From the human T2T-CHM13v2.0 reference genome, Homo sapiens: 64,000 nt of DNA. The stretch is taken from assembly GCF_009914755.1 (NCBI RefSeq), contig NC_060928.1, one strand, 5' to 3'. This document shows positions 27,477 through 41,149 of this stretch, one piece after another. The translations under genes were made by a program, and so were the position numbers. Numbering within the stretch: position 1 is the stretch's first letter; each line of letters opens with the position of its first letter. A model generated the notes under the pieces. The model was given only the letters and a program-made list of their open reading frames with translations. It ran no database searches and was not told the origin of the DNA.

Positions 27477-28171
27477 TCATTAAAAAGTCAGGAAACAGAT
27501 GCTGGAGAGGATGTGGAGAAATAGGAATGCTTTTACACTGTTGGTAGGAGTGTAAATTAGTTCAACATTGTGGAAGACAGTGTGGCAATTCCTCAAGGAT
27601 CTAGAACTAGAAATAACATTTGACTCAGCAAGCCCATTACTGAGTATATACCCAAAGGATTATAAATCATTCTACTATAAAGACACATGCACACGTATAC
27701 TTATTGCAGCATTGTTTACAACAGCAAAGACTTGGAACCAACCCAAATGCCCCTCAATGATAGACTGGATAAAGGAAATGTGGCACATATACACCATGGA
27801 ATACTACGCAGCCATAAAAAAGGATGAGTTCATGTCCTTTGCAGGGACATGGATGAAGCTAGAAACCATCATTCTCAGCAAACTAACACAAGAACAGAAA
27901 ACCAAACACCACATGTTCTCACTTATAAGTGGGAGTTGAACAATGAGAACTCATGGACACAGGGAGGGGAACATCACACACTGGGGCCTGTTGGGGATTG
28001 GGGGCCTAGGGGAGGGATGGCATTAGGAGAAATACCTAATGTTAAATGACGAGTTAATGGGTGCAGCACACCAACATGGCACATGTATACCTATGTAACA
28101 AATCTGTATGTTATGCACATGTACCCCAGAACTTAAAGTATAATTAAACAACAACAACAACAACAAAGAGG
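27477..28171 (+). mobile_element. 5'-truncated L1PA (approx. PA7) nested in ORF1 of the older L1
   Basis: L1PA 3' end with (aac)n tail; 17-bp TSD aatctcacaggccagga at 27460-27476 and 28172-28188. Confidence 0.92.
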
Positions 28172-31100
28172 AATCTCACAGGCCAGGAGGGAGTGCAATG
28201 ATATAGTAAAAGTACTGAAGGAAAACAGTTGTAACATCAAAAGTTAGAAAATCAAATATTCAGAAAGTGGGAGGAGATAAAGTGTGGAGTTTGTTTGTTT
28301 GTTTAGTAATCAATGATAATCTGTTATCAGTTTAAAATAACCTGCATAACTGTAAGACTTTTTCTTGTAAGCCTGATGGTAACCACGAAGGAAAAAAACC
28401 TATAATAAATACACTAAAAATAGAAAGGTATCAAAACATACTATCAGAGAAAATAATTTATCCAATAAGGAAGACAGTGAGATAAGATAAAAGGACCTAA
28501 AAAACAAATAAGAAAATAATTAGCAAAATGGAAGTAGTAATTTCCTACCTATCAGTAGTTCCTACCTATCAATGTAAATGGACTGATTCTCCAATTATAA
28601 GATAGAGTGGTTGAATGGATTAAAAAATCCAAATATATGCTGCCTGAAAGAGATTAACTTCACCTGTAAGGATACAAATAGATGGAAAGGAAGGGGTGGA
28701 AAAAGATATTCCATGCAAACTGAAATTGTAAGAGAGCAGGAGAAGCTATACTTATATCAGCTAAAATAGACTTTACATCAAAAACTGTGAAAAGAGACAA
28801 GGTCATTACATAATGATAAAGGGGTCAACTCAGCAAGAGGTTGTAACAATTGTAAATATATATGCACACTGAACATGGCAGAATATATATAAAGCAAATA
28901 TTAATCTGAAGGAAGAGAGACTGCAACACAATAATAATAGAGGATTTTGAAACTACACTTTCAGCAATGGACAGATTATTCAGACAGAAAATCAACAAAG
29001 AAATAGCAGATTTAAACTGCAGTCTAGACCAAAGAGACCTAACAGATGTTTACAGAACATTCCATTCAACAGCTGCAGAAAACACATTCTTATCAACTGC
29101 ACATGGAACATTCTCTAAGACAGATCATATTAGGCCACAAAAACAGTCTTAAAAAATTTAAAATCAAAATTATATCAAGTATCTTTTCTGACCACAATGA
29201 CATAAAACTAGAAATTAATAATAGCAGAAATTCTGGAAATATTACAAATACATAAAAATTAAACACGCTCCTGAACAACCACTGGGTTAATGAATTAAAA
29301 GAGTAATTTTAAAAAGCTAAGACAAATGAAAATGGAAACACAATATACCAAAATGTATAGGATGCAGCAAAAGCAGTTCTAAAAGAGAAGTTTATAGTAA
29401 TAAACATCTACATCAAAAAAGAGGAAAGAAATCAAACTACCTAAACTATTACCTCGAAGAATTAGAAAAACAAGAACAAACTAAACCCCAAATTAGCAAA
29501 TGGAAAGAATAAAGATCAGAGCAGAAATAAACAAAATAGGGACTTTAAAAAAATCCACAAAATAAAGAGTTTTTTTTTTTTGAAAGAAACAAAATCAACA
29601 AACCTTTAGCTAGACTAGGTAAAAAAGACAGTCGACTCAAATAAATAAAATCAGAAATAAAAAAGGAGACATTACAATTGATACCACAGAAATACAAAGA
29701 ACAATTATATGCCAATAAATTGAAAAACCTAGAAGAAATGAATTCCTCTACCACATTACCTACCAGGACTGAATTATGAATAAATAGAAAACCTGAACAG
29801 GCCAGTAATGAGAAAGGAGACTTGAATCAGTAATAAAAAGTCTCCTATCAAAGAAAGGCCCAGGACCTGATGGCATCACTGCTGAATTCTACCAACAGTT
29901 ACAGAAGAACTAATAGCAATTCTTCTCAAAGTATTCCAAAAAATTGAAGAGGAAGGAATTTTTCCTAACTTATTCTACAAGGCCAGCATTACACTGATAC
30001 CAAAAATAGACAAAAAAGGAAAACTATAGGCCAATATCCCTGAAGAACAGACAGAAAAACCCTGAACAAAATACTATAAAACTGAATTTAACAGCACATT
30101 TAAAAGATAATTCACCATGAACAAGTGGGATTTATCCCAGGAATATAAGAATGGTTCATCATAAACAAATCAATAAACATGACATACCGCATTAACAAAA
30201 CAATGAAAAAAAGTCATACAATCACTTCAACAGATGCAGAAAAATCATGACAGAGTTCAATACCTCTTCATGATAAAAACTCTTAATTAGGTATAGAAGT
30301 GATATGCCTCAACACAATAAAGGCCACATACAACAAACCCACTGCTAATGTAATACCAAATGGGGAAAAGCTGAAAGCCTTTTACTCTAAGATCTAGAAC
30401 AGGATAAGGATGTTCCCTTTTGCCACTTTTATTCAACATAGTACAGGAAGTTCTAGCTAGAGCTATTAGGCAAAAGAGAAAAATAAAACATAATAGGAAA
30501 GGAGGAAGTTAAATTGTCTCTATTTGTAGATGATATGATCCTATATACAGAAAACCCTAAGGACTCCATCCAAAACTGTTACAACTAATAAAAAACTCAG
30601 TAAAGTTGCAGGATACAAAATCAACATAAAAAAAAGTAGTATCTCTATATGTTAATGGCAAACTATCCAAGGAGGTGTCAGATCTCTCAAATGAAAACTA
30701 TAAAACGTTAATGAAAGAATTTGAAGAAGACACAAATGGGAAGATATGCATGTTCATGGATTGGAAGAATATTGTTATAATGTCCATATTGCCCAAAGTG
30801 ATCCACAGATGTAATGCGATATCTATCAAAACACCAAAGACATTCTTCACAAAAGTAGATTAAAAACAATCCTCACATTCGTATGGAACCCCAAAAGACC
30901 CTGTATAGCCAAAGCAATCTTGAGCAAAAAGAGCAAATCTGGAGGCATCATACCATCTGCCTCCAAAATATATTACAAAACTATAGTAACCAAAATAACA
31001 TGCTACTGGCATAGAAACAGACAACAGGCCAATAGAACAGAGAACGCGGAAATAAATCCATGCATATACAGTCAACTGATTTTTGACAAAAGTGCCAAGA

Positions 31101-31411
31101 ACATATGTTGGGGAAAGGATAGTCTTTCTTCAATAGTGGTGCTGGGAAAACTGAATGAATATCTATATGTTGAAGAAAAACTAGATCTCCTGTCTCTCAT
31201 CATATACAAGAATCAATTCAGAATGAGTTAAGGACTTAAATTCTAAGACTTGAAACTATGAAACTACTAGAAAACAAGATAGTGGAAATGCTTCATAACA
31301 TTGGTCAGGACAAGGAATTTTTGAATAAGACCTTAAAAGCACAACCAAAAAGACCAAAAACAAATAAACGGAATTACAACTAAAGGCAAAGGAAATCATC
31401 AATAAAGAGAC

Positions 31412-31491
31412 AATATTTGCAAAATATTTGCAATATTTGCAGAAATATTTGCAAAATATTTGCAATATTTGCAGAAATATTTGCAAAATAT
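31412..31491. repeat. Short tandem array of (a)atatttgc with a 32-nt higher-order unit
   Basis: Seven atatttgc copies; 31421-31452 equals 31453-31484. Confidence 0.9.
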
Positions 31492-32596
31492 ACATCTGAC
31501 ACATGGTTAATATCCAAAATATATAAGAAACTAAAACAACTCAATAGCAAAAAAACCCCCAAACAACCCAATTAAAATATAGGCAGAAGACCTGAACAGA
31601 CGTTTCTCAAAAGAAGACATACACATAATATGTTCAATATTACTAATAATCAAGGAAATGCAAATCAAAACCACAGTGAGGTATTGCCTCATCCCAATTA
31701 GAATGGCTTATCAAGAAGGCAGAAGAGAACTTGTTGGCAAGGATGTGGACAAAAGAGAATCCTTTTATACTGTTGGTAGGAATATATAGAAAACAGTATG
31801 ACGGTTCCTCAACAAAGCAAAAATAGAACTACCATAAGATCCAGCAGTCCTACTACTGGGCATGTACCCAAAGGAACTTAAATGAGTATGTTCAAGAAAT
31901 ATCTGCATTCCCATATTTACTGCAGCACTTTCCACAACAGCCAAGATATGGAACCAACCTAAGAGTCTACCAACAGAAGAATGGATAAAGAAAATTTGGT
32001 ATAAAGTCACAATGGAATATTCTTCAGCTATTTAAAAAAAAAAAAAGAAATCCTACCATTTGCAACAATATGGATGAACCCAAAGGACATTATAAACCAG
32101 GAACAGAAAGACAAATACTGCATGATCTCACTCACATGCAGAATCTTAAAAAGCTGATCTCTTAGAAGTACAAAGTATAATGGTGGTTATTGGAGGCTGG
32201 GGTGTTTTTCAGGGAGAAGAAAATGGGGAAATCTTGGTCAGATGACATAATGACAGTTAGATAGCAGGAATAAATTTCAACAGCTCTATTGTACAGCAAG
32301 GTGACTATAGTTAATGACAATTTATTGTATTCTTAAAAAACATAAAATTTGTGGATACTATGTGCTATCACCACAAAAACAATAACTATGTGAGGTAGTA
32401 CATTTGTTAGCTAGATTTAACCATTCCACAATGTATATATACTTCAAAACATCATACATCATGTTGTATACAATAAACACATAAAATGTTATCTGTACAT
32501 TTAAAAAAAATTAAAAAAGCTTACATTATAGAAAAAAGAGAATACTTCTTTTAAAAGTATGCTTTTAGTTTAGTTTTACATTTCTGTCTCTCTTAC

Positions 32597-32764
32597 CTCT
32601 TGATCTTTTTTAGTTTTTCTTTCTAGAGCCTCAAATTCATCCAAATCATTCTTTTCTTTTAATTTCAATTCCATTTCTTCTTTTTCTGTTCGTAGTTGTT
32701 CATAGTCTAATACCAGATTATCATAGTCAGCACGAAGTGAGTTCAACTCACTTTCTATATTCTC
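32597..32764 (-). CDS. CENPE: CENPE exon 16 (168 nt)
   Basis: [17 protein letters not shown]...KTKKDQE; tag| and |gtaaga. Confidence 0.95.
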
Positions 32765-33820
32765 CTATTATAAACAAGAACAGATTTTCCAATCAGAAAA
32801 TTCAAATATTTTTTGTTTCCTTAATAAAATTTGAATTATTTAAATAACTACTTTAACTTTGATTTGATATCTTTCTAAAGTTCTACATTTTGGCAAACTA
32901 GCTAACTTAGAATAGATTATTTTGAAAGAAGGAGAATTTTAAAAATATATCAATAAAGTGTATGTTTGCCTGTGCCTGACAGGGAATTTTGACCATAAGT
33001 CCTCAAGCTCCTCAGTAATAAAACTGATAATTGAATTCCCCAATCTAACTAACTCTTATTTTATGTCTCAGATGGTTCTGAATTCAAGAATGGAAACAGA
33101 GATATTATTTATTGACTTCTAAAGCTAATGACAACTGTGTTTTACTATAAAGAGGCCTATTTCTATTTTCTATATTATTATAAGAGAAGAGATAAACCAT
33201 GAGTTAAAAAAATACTTTTTTACACCAGAGATTGTAAAAAAAACCCAAGAAACTTCTAATGTATGTATTAGGAACAAAAAAACACTTTATCAATAATACT
33301 TTATAGGAATTAACTAACAATAATAAGTAGTAATGCAATTATATTCTAAAATTCAAATGAAAATGTCTATTACTTTATACAACTATACATCTTTAAACAC
33401 GAGCAATCTACAAAGTAAACACGGAATCTAAACTTACTGATGTATTCACCAAAATTACCTCTCCCTGATATATTATTCTATACATTATAAATGCCTGAGA
33501 ATTGACACTTTTAAAATCAGTCTTGTTACCCTAATGAAGTTTACCAAGGCAAAACAGAAACTTTACAAACATTGTGAATACTAAGATCTGCTAGTAAAGA
33601 GCTAGAGGCAAAGGTTTACCTACTAGCACATGTCTGCCTTATGAAATTTTTAGCCTTCCTCTAGGTGCCTGATGGTTATAGAGTAGAAATGTAAAGAGAA
33701 AAGCCTTCATTAGAGCCAAAATCATTACTGAAATTAAATGAGAACAAGTAACAAAACCTAATAACAAAAGAATTTTAAAAAGAGTAAAAGCATTATATGC
33801 TGTAAAATACATTAAGTTAC

Positions 33821-33909
33821 CTGATTTAGTAGCTTTGTTGCTGGATTCCATTCTATCTCACTTAATGTATCAAGAGTGTTACTGAAAACATCAGACTCTG
33901 AACAGACAG
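33821..33909 (-). CDS. CENPE: CENPE exon 15 (89 nt)
   Basis: VCSESDVFSNTLDTLSEIEWNPATKLLNQ; tag| and |gtaact. Confidence 0.95.
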
Positions 33910-34406
33910 CTATAATTAGAGAAAAAAAAAATTTGTCCATGAACATGTTTACCAAATTTCCTAAGTCAAATTAAAGATTACTAAAAAAATTCTTATCAGA
34001 GATACTAAGAACTTCAAATTAACTACTATGTGCTCAGAGTATGAATACCAAAAGTACATTAATAGATATGGTCATTTATGTTATTGTATGAATTAAGATG
34101 ATCACTGGTTGGAATTAGTGACACAATACAGGATCCTTAATGAAATATAGGTTAAAAGGACAAATTCTGAATTTGAGATTTGATCATTATAAGTAGATTT
34201 AAAATTCCCCCCCAACAGACTGTACTATTGAAGAAATAATTTTGAAACAGATTCCTATGTCAATGCCACTCTTTTAAGATTAGCAAAGGCAGATGCCATA
34301 TAACTAACAATTTAATTGAATAATAATTAGAAAATAAAAACACCTGTCTCATGTGTGTTTCAACTAGTGCATCATTCTTAGGAGATTCAGAATAAAGAAC
34401 TTATGA

Positions 34407-34604
<198 letters not shown>

Positions 34605-34759
34605 AATTACTTATTTTAAATCATAGTCTCCATTGTAATCACATATGAAATACACAGTATTTAAACATGTTTATCACATTAACTGAGCTATAAACATAGT
34701 TTCTCTTTATAAGGATGCTTTTATAATTAAACATAGTTCCACTTGAAAAAAGCACTCAC

Positions 34760-34907
34760 ATTCATCAATTTCTCGTAATAAATTTATAGAAAGCTTATGT
34801 GTTTTTGTTGTTATATTTGTTGGTATATTAAATTGATCTGCATAGTTTGAGTTCTTCATTTTGTTAATTTTGCCAAGGCACCAAGTAACTCTTCGTTTTC
34901 TTTTAGC
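34760..34907 (-). CDS. CENPE: CENPE exon 14 (148 nt), PP1-docking/Aurora motif
   Basis: [13 protein letters not shown]...; the T counts to residue 422, the known Aurora/PP1 switch site; tag| and |gtgagt. Confidence 0.95.
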
Positions 34908-35309
34908 CTAAAGAAGAAGAAATCAAAATTATGTCATATAGATCTGTATTCAAACATAATAAAACAAGGGAACTAGTTTCTATTTTTGAAAACCATTGAC
35001 TTGGTAGAATTCTTATTAAGCCTAGTTTAAAATTTTATTAGTCTAAGGATATTGCTTAAAAAAAAAATCAAACTCTTGACTCTTTACTTCACTCTAACTA
35101 CCATTTTCTTTTTTTCCTACTTTGTCCTCCTCATCATTTATCCACTCCTTCCTCAACACTTCAGGGACCCATCTCCTGGTTCTTACCTTACCCAGCTGCT
35201 GTCCTTACCACTCACTCTGCTTTGCTAGTTTCTCTTCCTGTGCCTGCCTCTTAAGTGTGTTTCTCCAGGTTTCATAGCCACCATTCTTCTCTTGACTCTT
35301 TACTGGGTG

Positions 35310-35422
35310 CAAGTATCATCTCATCTTATTTGACTCTCTCGGCAACCCTAGGGTTGTAATCACATCTGAAATACACAACCCTAAGGTTGTTGAGAGAATC
35401 AAATAAGATGAGATGATACTTG
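35310..35422. repeat. Inverted repeat, 48-bp arms, 17-nt loop (MIR-like sequence)
   Basis: 35310-35357 vs reverse complement of 35375-35422: 44/48 identical. Confidence 0.9.
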
Positions 35423-38171
35423 TATCGAGTATCAACCTTACTACATCTTTTTAACAGATGAGTTGGGTGCCCAACAAGTTTGGAGAAGTTGCATAAGGTT
35501 GTATAGCCAATTGGTGGCTGAGCCCATTGTCTATTACTTCAGAGCCTATCCATGCAACCATTCCGTCACATTGCCTCTTAAGATTACTTGTTGTCCACAG
35601 AATATACTGCATACTGTCATGCCTCTCTGAGTGCTGTCCTTCTGCTTGAAATGGCCAGCCCTTTCCACACCCTGCTCTGCAAAAGCCCCATCATATTCAA
35701 ATCCTCGACTCCAATAACCTTCAGTTTAATGCCAGTTGCTACCAAAGCCACACCTGGACCTTGTCATTATCTGAAAGTCATAAACTAGACCTCTTGCTCT
35801 CATTGCCGTTGCTGTCCTTCCAAATCATTAATTTAGTTAATCCCACTATAGCTATTTAGCTCATCAGGGGCTATTTAGCTCTGTTCCCTTGTTGCATGAC
35901 TTTTTTTTTTTTTTTTGCCATCTCCCTCTTGGTTCTCACCCTATCATCTTAGATTCCATAGATCACTGTAATCATGTTTGAAATTTGAGGTCAATGTTCT
36001 CAAATTATTTGACCCACTCTCTGTCCCTTACATGTACCCTACACGGCACACTCAAATGGCACTGTGTTCAAGACCTTTATCAGCCTCCTGAGCACTGCCA
36101 GAGCCACACAGCCAGAAGACCGGCTGACAAGATAAACTGGACCTTTAATGTTGCATGGCAATATTCCCTTCCCCCTTGTCAGCTTTCTTTTTCATTACCT
36201 ACAAAGGCTAGCCTATTTCAAACCCTTAGTATCTCTGCAAACTTATGACTCTACCATCACCTGCCATCTCAGCAGAAGAATTAAACCTATTTCACAAAGA
36301 AAGTATAAACCTAAACTCCTAAGAGTACTACCTGCACAGAAGCCTATCCTTTCCTCCATGTTTGCTCCAATTCAAGAGGTATTTCTCCTATGTTAGTCCA
36401 ATTCTTTCTACTATATTCAAGATTCCATCCATCTAGGCCACCTCAACACACTATAAGGTGGCTTTCATCCCCATCACTTAAATTACTTTTGCAAATGAGC
36501 TCTGTGTTTCTAAATGCAAATAATTTTTGTCCATCTTTATCTTATTTAACTTCTCAGCAGAATATGACACTGCTGACCACTACCTCCCTGAAATATTCTC
36601 TCCCCTTAGCTACCATATTCACTAGGTTTTATTCTTAACTGTACAGCTAAACCTGGGCTGCTTTATGGATTCTTCTTTCTCTGCCTTACCCAATTGGAGT
36701 TTTGCCTTCTGTCACTTTGCCTCCTGTTGCCTTCTCTCAACATGCAACCAGAACAAACTTTAATTTGGATCTGTAGTAGTTAATGCCCAAATTGATATTT
36801 ATATCTCAAATCTTCTACCTCATATTCACACATTTGCATTTTCAACAGCCTGACATCTCAAACAAAAGAAATCCCAAATAAAACACCCACCATTTCCACT
36901 GCTCTTTATTCAGTGTGCCTTAACTCAACCAATATTGTTACCAGCTACCCATGAAGCCAAGGAATTGCTTGCAAGTCATTCCGGACACCTCCTTCTCCCT
37001 TTCTCTGCCCTCAACATCCAAACAATCACAAAGTCCTGCTAAGTTTACCTTCCAAACATTTCTCCAATTTATCCAATTCACTCCAACTCCAGAGCCACAA
37101 TCTTTGCAGGCTCAAGCAATCTGATGTGCACAGTAGCTACATCTTTCTCAACTATAATTCTGATGTCACACACAAGGCTGTTCTTTGTTGTTAGCAAAAC
37201 ATCACATTCAAATCCCTCAAGGAGGTTTAAAACGCCCCTGCTACTAGAACATCTTAAGTGCAAGGAATGCATAATGTTTCTTCACAACTCCAAGCTTTTG
37301 TACATGTAGGTCTCTTTTGAAACATTCTTCTCTAGGTCTTTCATTGGGCTACTTCCTGCTCACCACTCAACCAATAGTTCTTGATTGTCTTCTATATACC
37401 TCTGTACATAATGCTTATTCACATTAACAATGTACATTAGTTGAGAATATGCTGTGTGGAAAGTGCTGTGTTGAGCTAATTCTACCTATTATCTCATTTA
37501 ATTCTCACACAACACTTATGAGGTGAGTATCAAGCTATTCCACACTGCTACTTCCACAGGAAAAAGCAGCAAAGTGAATTCAAGAAATTGTCCAAGGCCA
37601 AGAGTCAGGAAATGACAGATTCAAATCCAGGAAGTCTAGCTCCAGAGGTCATTCTCTTATCCATGACACCCTCACACCCCAAAAAGTCTACTGAATAAAT
37701 AAATTCCTACTCAATTAAAAACAAACAAAAAATCACACCAACAAAGTAAGAATTTTGTTCACTATGTTGTTTTTCTTTCACCAGAGTCTACATTGACACA
37801 ATTATGTTGTTTTATATTCTACACCAATTTTCCTGAGATTAATATTTCTGTTTAAGTAGAAAATAATATTTCCACATATTCTAGAAACCTATGGCTTCCA
37901 ATCACCCAGTTTCTCTAGAATTTATTAAGCAGAATATTGCAAATAAATTATTTAAATACATTCCAAACTTGTTGAATTAGAATCTCTACAAATAGGAATC
38001 AGAAATTGGCATTTTTAATGAATCTCTTAGGTACTATGAAACACAAAATCTTCTGGGTTTCTTGAATATACTGTATCAAAGGATAGAAAGTGCATACTAT
38101 ATAATAAACATATAGAAATACCAATTCTATTCTCTGTACATCAAGTTTAAGCTGTCATCTTTTAATTTTAC

Positions 38172-38330
38172 CTTTAATTCCTGTTGCAACGTGAGGGAAG
38201 AAGAGGTCACCAGCATCCGTGTTAAGTTTTCAATTTTCTCATTCTGTACTTTCTGAAGCAAATCTTTTTCTTCCAAAAGTTGGGCCAATTGGTCTTTTTC
38301 CATTGCCTGAGCCCGCGTCTCTAAAGAAAC
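38172..38330 (-). CDS. CENPE: CENPE exon 13 (159 nt)
   Basis: [15 protein letters not shown]...LQQELK; tag| and |gtaaaa. Confidence 0.95.
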
Positions 38331-39197
38331 CTATAGAATGCAATATTGGATTATGTTAATAATAAATGTGGCTAAGTTTTAAAACCTTAAAGTAGCATAA
38401 AAGAATAAAATATTAAATTTGTATATGAACTATAAGAATTTTAATTTCACTGAAATAAAATATACTCTAACTGTAGAACACCAAAATGCAGTTACCATAA
38501 TCAATAATTTCTCAGACTTACAATAAAATACACATTTCTTCTCATGTAACTATTCTATATACCATGTATAAGACACCAATGCTGTTAATATAACTCTATT
38601 AATTGCCTAAGAAGATATGAATAGTCAGAAGTCATAAAACAAAGACTTGAATTCTGATAGTAAAGATAGAGATGTTCTCATAAGATTACCATTTGATATT
38701 TTAGCTCATTTTAAAAAAGATCCTTAATGCGTGATTTTTTACAAAATATGGGACCATGATGGTTAAAACAAACTAAAATGATAAGTAATTATGCTATATT
38801 ATTAGATTGCTATCTAAGGGTTAGAAGAGGAATTCAGGATAACATGAAAACACAGAAGGTGGTTCTAAGTAACTCTGTAGTTTCTCTTTTTAATCGAATT
38901 CATATGTATTTGTGAAAAATTTTAAGAAATGTCTCTACTTGGCCCATTTGATAATCTCAGATTTTGCCCGTTGAAAATAAAAAACAAAATCTAAAATAAT
39001 TTCAAGAACCAAATCTTACAATTTATAGTAAATTAAACTAAAATTTTTATGAGTGGATTTCTTCTTCTTTAAAAGTGATTAAAAACCTAAGTTGTAGCAA
39101 CTCAGATATTCAGGAATGAAGAGTCTCTGAGCATTTGGGCAGGTCTCCATTCTAAATTGGTTCTTTCAATTTAATGAAATAAATGATTCATACATAC

Positions 39198-39317
39198 CTC
39201 CTCTAATTGTTTTTTAAGATCCATTATTTCTTTTCTATACCTTTTCAGGAGAGCTTCATCAGTTGATACCTCATTAACATAAGGAGTATTCTTCATATAT
39301 TTAGCAGTACTGGCAAA
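39198..39317 (-). CDS. CENPE: CENPE exon 12 (120 nt), end of motor and neck
   Basis: [40 protein letters not shown]; cag| and |gtatgt. Confidence 0.96.
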
Positions 39318-39948
39318 CTGGAAAAAAAATACGAAAGTGCTAAGTGTTCAACACTTAAAAAAATTCGAATTTAATTAATAATATTTAGCTTTCTTATATT
39401 CAAGATTAAAAAAATCAATACTCTTTCTAGTTGGCTTAATACTTTTGAACAAAGGGAACATTCTATGTCCTTATAACAACGCTCTGTAACTTATCCTGGG
39501 TGATAGTCTTCGGGAGAATAAAAAAGATATATTGAGAGAACTTAAAAACATCAGCTTATTGGAATCTCATTTACCCCTCAAGGTCCAGTGCTAACGCCTC
39601 CTCTACTCTGAAGTTTTGCTTCTAGCCAAAAATATCTCTCCTTCCTTTAAACTCTATACTAGTTATTAACCACTTAACTACTAATCAAAGGCAATTATGT
39701 TGCAAGACAAGTGTTATGTGCCTTGTCACAGAATTCATTAATTCTGTTAAGCCAGGGACTCTAGTTTCTCTTTGCACCTCTGACAGTACCTTGATCTGGT
39801 GCTCAACAGCTATTTAAAGCAATGTTTCTCAGAGTATAAGTACCATAAGTAACTTTAGGTGGGTACACCAAGGTGACCATTAGATAACATTGAATCCTTC
39901 ATTGAGAAAGCTACCCTACTGATATTTCTCATTTTTCCTTTCCTTTTT

Positions 39949-40167
<219 letters not shown>

Positions 40168-40622
40168 TTCCTTTCCTTTTTAAAATAGAAAATGTAGGCC
40201 TTAGGCTCAGAGAAAATGAAGGCAACAGTTAACTACCAGGAATTTCAGAATTATTTTGTTATACAGACAGACACACAATTTTTTTTGTTACCTTCTATTT
40301 GTGGCAAGTAATAATAGTTTCCCATTGATAGGACTAATATTAAAGTTTCCTTTTACAATAAATTAAGTACAAAAAGTGAGTTATTTTAAAAATATCAAGT
40401 CAATTTCAGTAAAATAGTGTTGGGTGTGGCAAAAATTATGAAGGTAAGATACAAATAATCGAAGTCTGGCAAAATTAAATTAAGAAATGCTATTTAGTAG
40501 ACAACATATCGATTATAACAGGCGAGTTAATTAAAAAAAACTATGCTTAATTTTAGTAGGTAATGTTTTCTTCTTCAAGCTGATCTTCCCCTATATTAAG
40601 CTGAGATAAAAATCAAACTCAC

Positions 40623-40752
40623 CTGGAGAGCAGTAAGTGTTTCATCAAAAGATACTGGAGTAATTGTGCAGATAATACGTGTCTTTGCATTTCCTCCCAA
40701 GGAATTCTGGAGAATTCGTGTTAACTTGCTATCTCGATAATTTATGAAACCA
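40623..40752 (-). CDS. CENPE: CENPE exon 11 (130 nt)
   Basis: [24 protein letters not shown]...ETLTALQ; aag| and |gtgagt. Confidence 0.96.
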
Positions 40753-41061
40753 CTTAGCAAGGAATAAGTTTACAGGAGAAAAAGATTGAGAACGTTTATA
40801 TAATAAAGTAGTTGGTTTTTAATGCAGAACTCTTAAATCAGCCAGAGTTTCAAAAATTAGTTTACAAGTTATATGAGGCAGATTAAAACTACTAAAAAAT
40901 ATTTAAAACAGAAAGTAAATTCAGTAGATTATAATCATATGTATAAGTTTTTGAATATATGGAAGAAATCAGTACATTTGAGTGTCATCGAAATGTTGCA
41001 ATGTTCAACCTAATGAAAAATATAAGAATCAGTAGGTAAGTGCACAACGGGATAAACTTAC

Positions 41062-41149
41062 CCAACTTGTCCATCACTAAGTTTCTTGATCACTTGTCCC
41101 AAAATAAATAAGCTTCGATTTATATTACAGCCTTCCTTGAGCCGCACAC
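41062..41149 (-). CDS. CENPE: CENPE exon 10 (88 nt)
   Basis: [28 protein letters not shown]; cag| and |gtaagt. Confidence 0.96.

Larger units (their letters stand above)
25400..32535 (+). mobile_element. Near full-length old L1 (L1MA-type 3' end), decayed
   Basis: 5'UTR, ORF1 and ORF2 remnants, 3'UTR; TSD aagacaatacttct (25386-25399) and aagagaatacttct (32536-32549). Confidence 0.88.

Noticed and set aside
31412-31491. CRISPR-like array
   Set aside because: No spacers, eukaryotic context, derived from an L1 motif.
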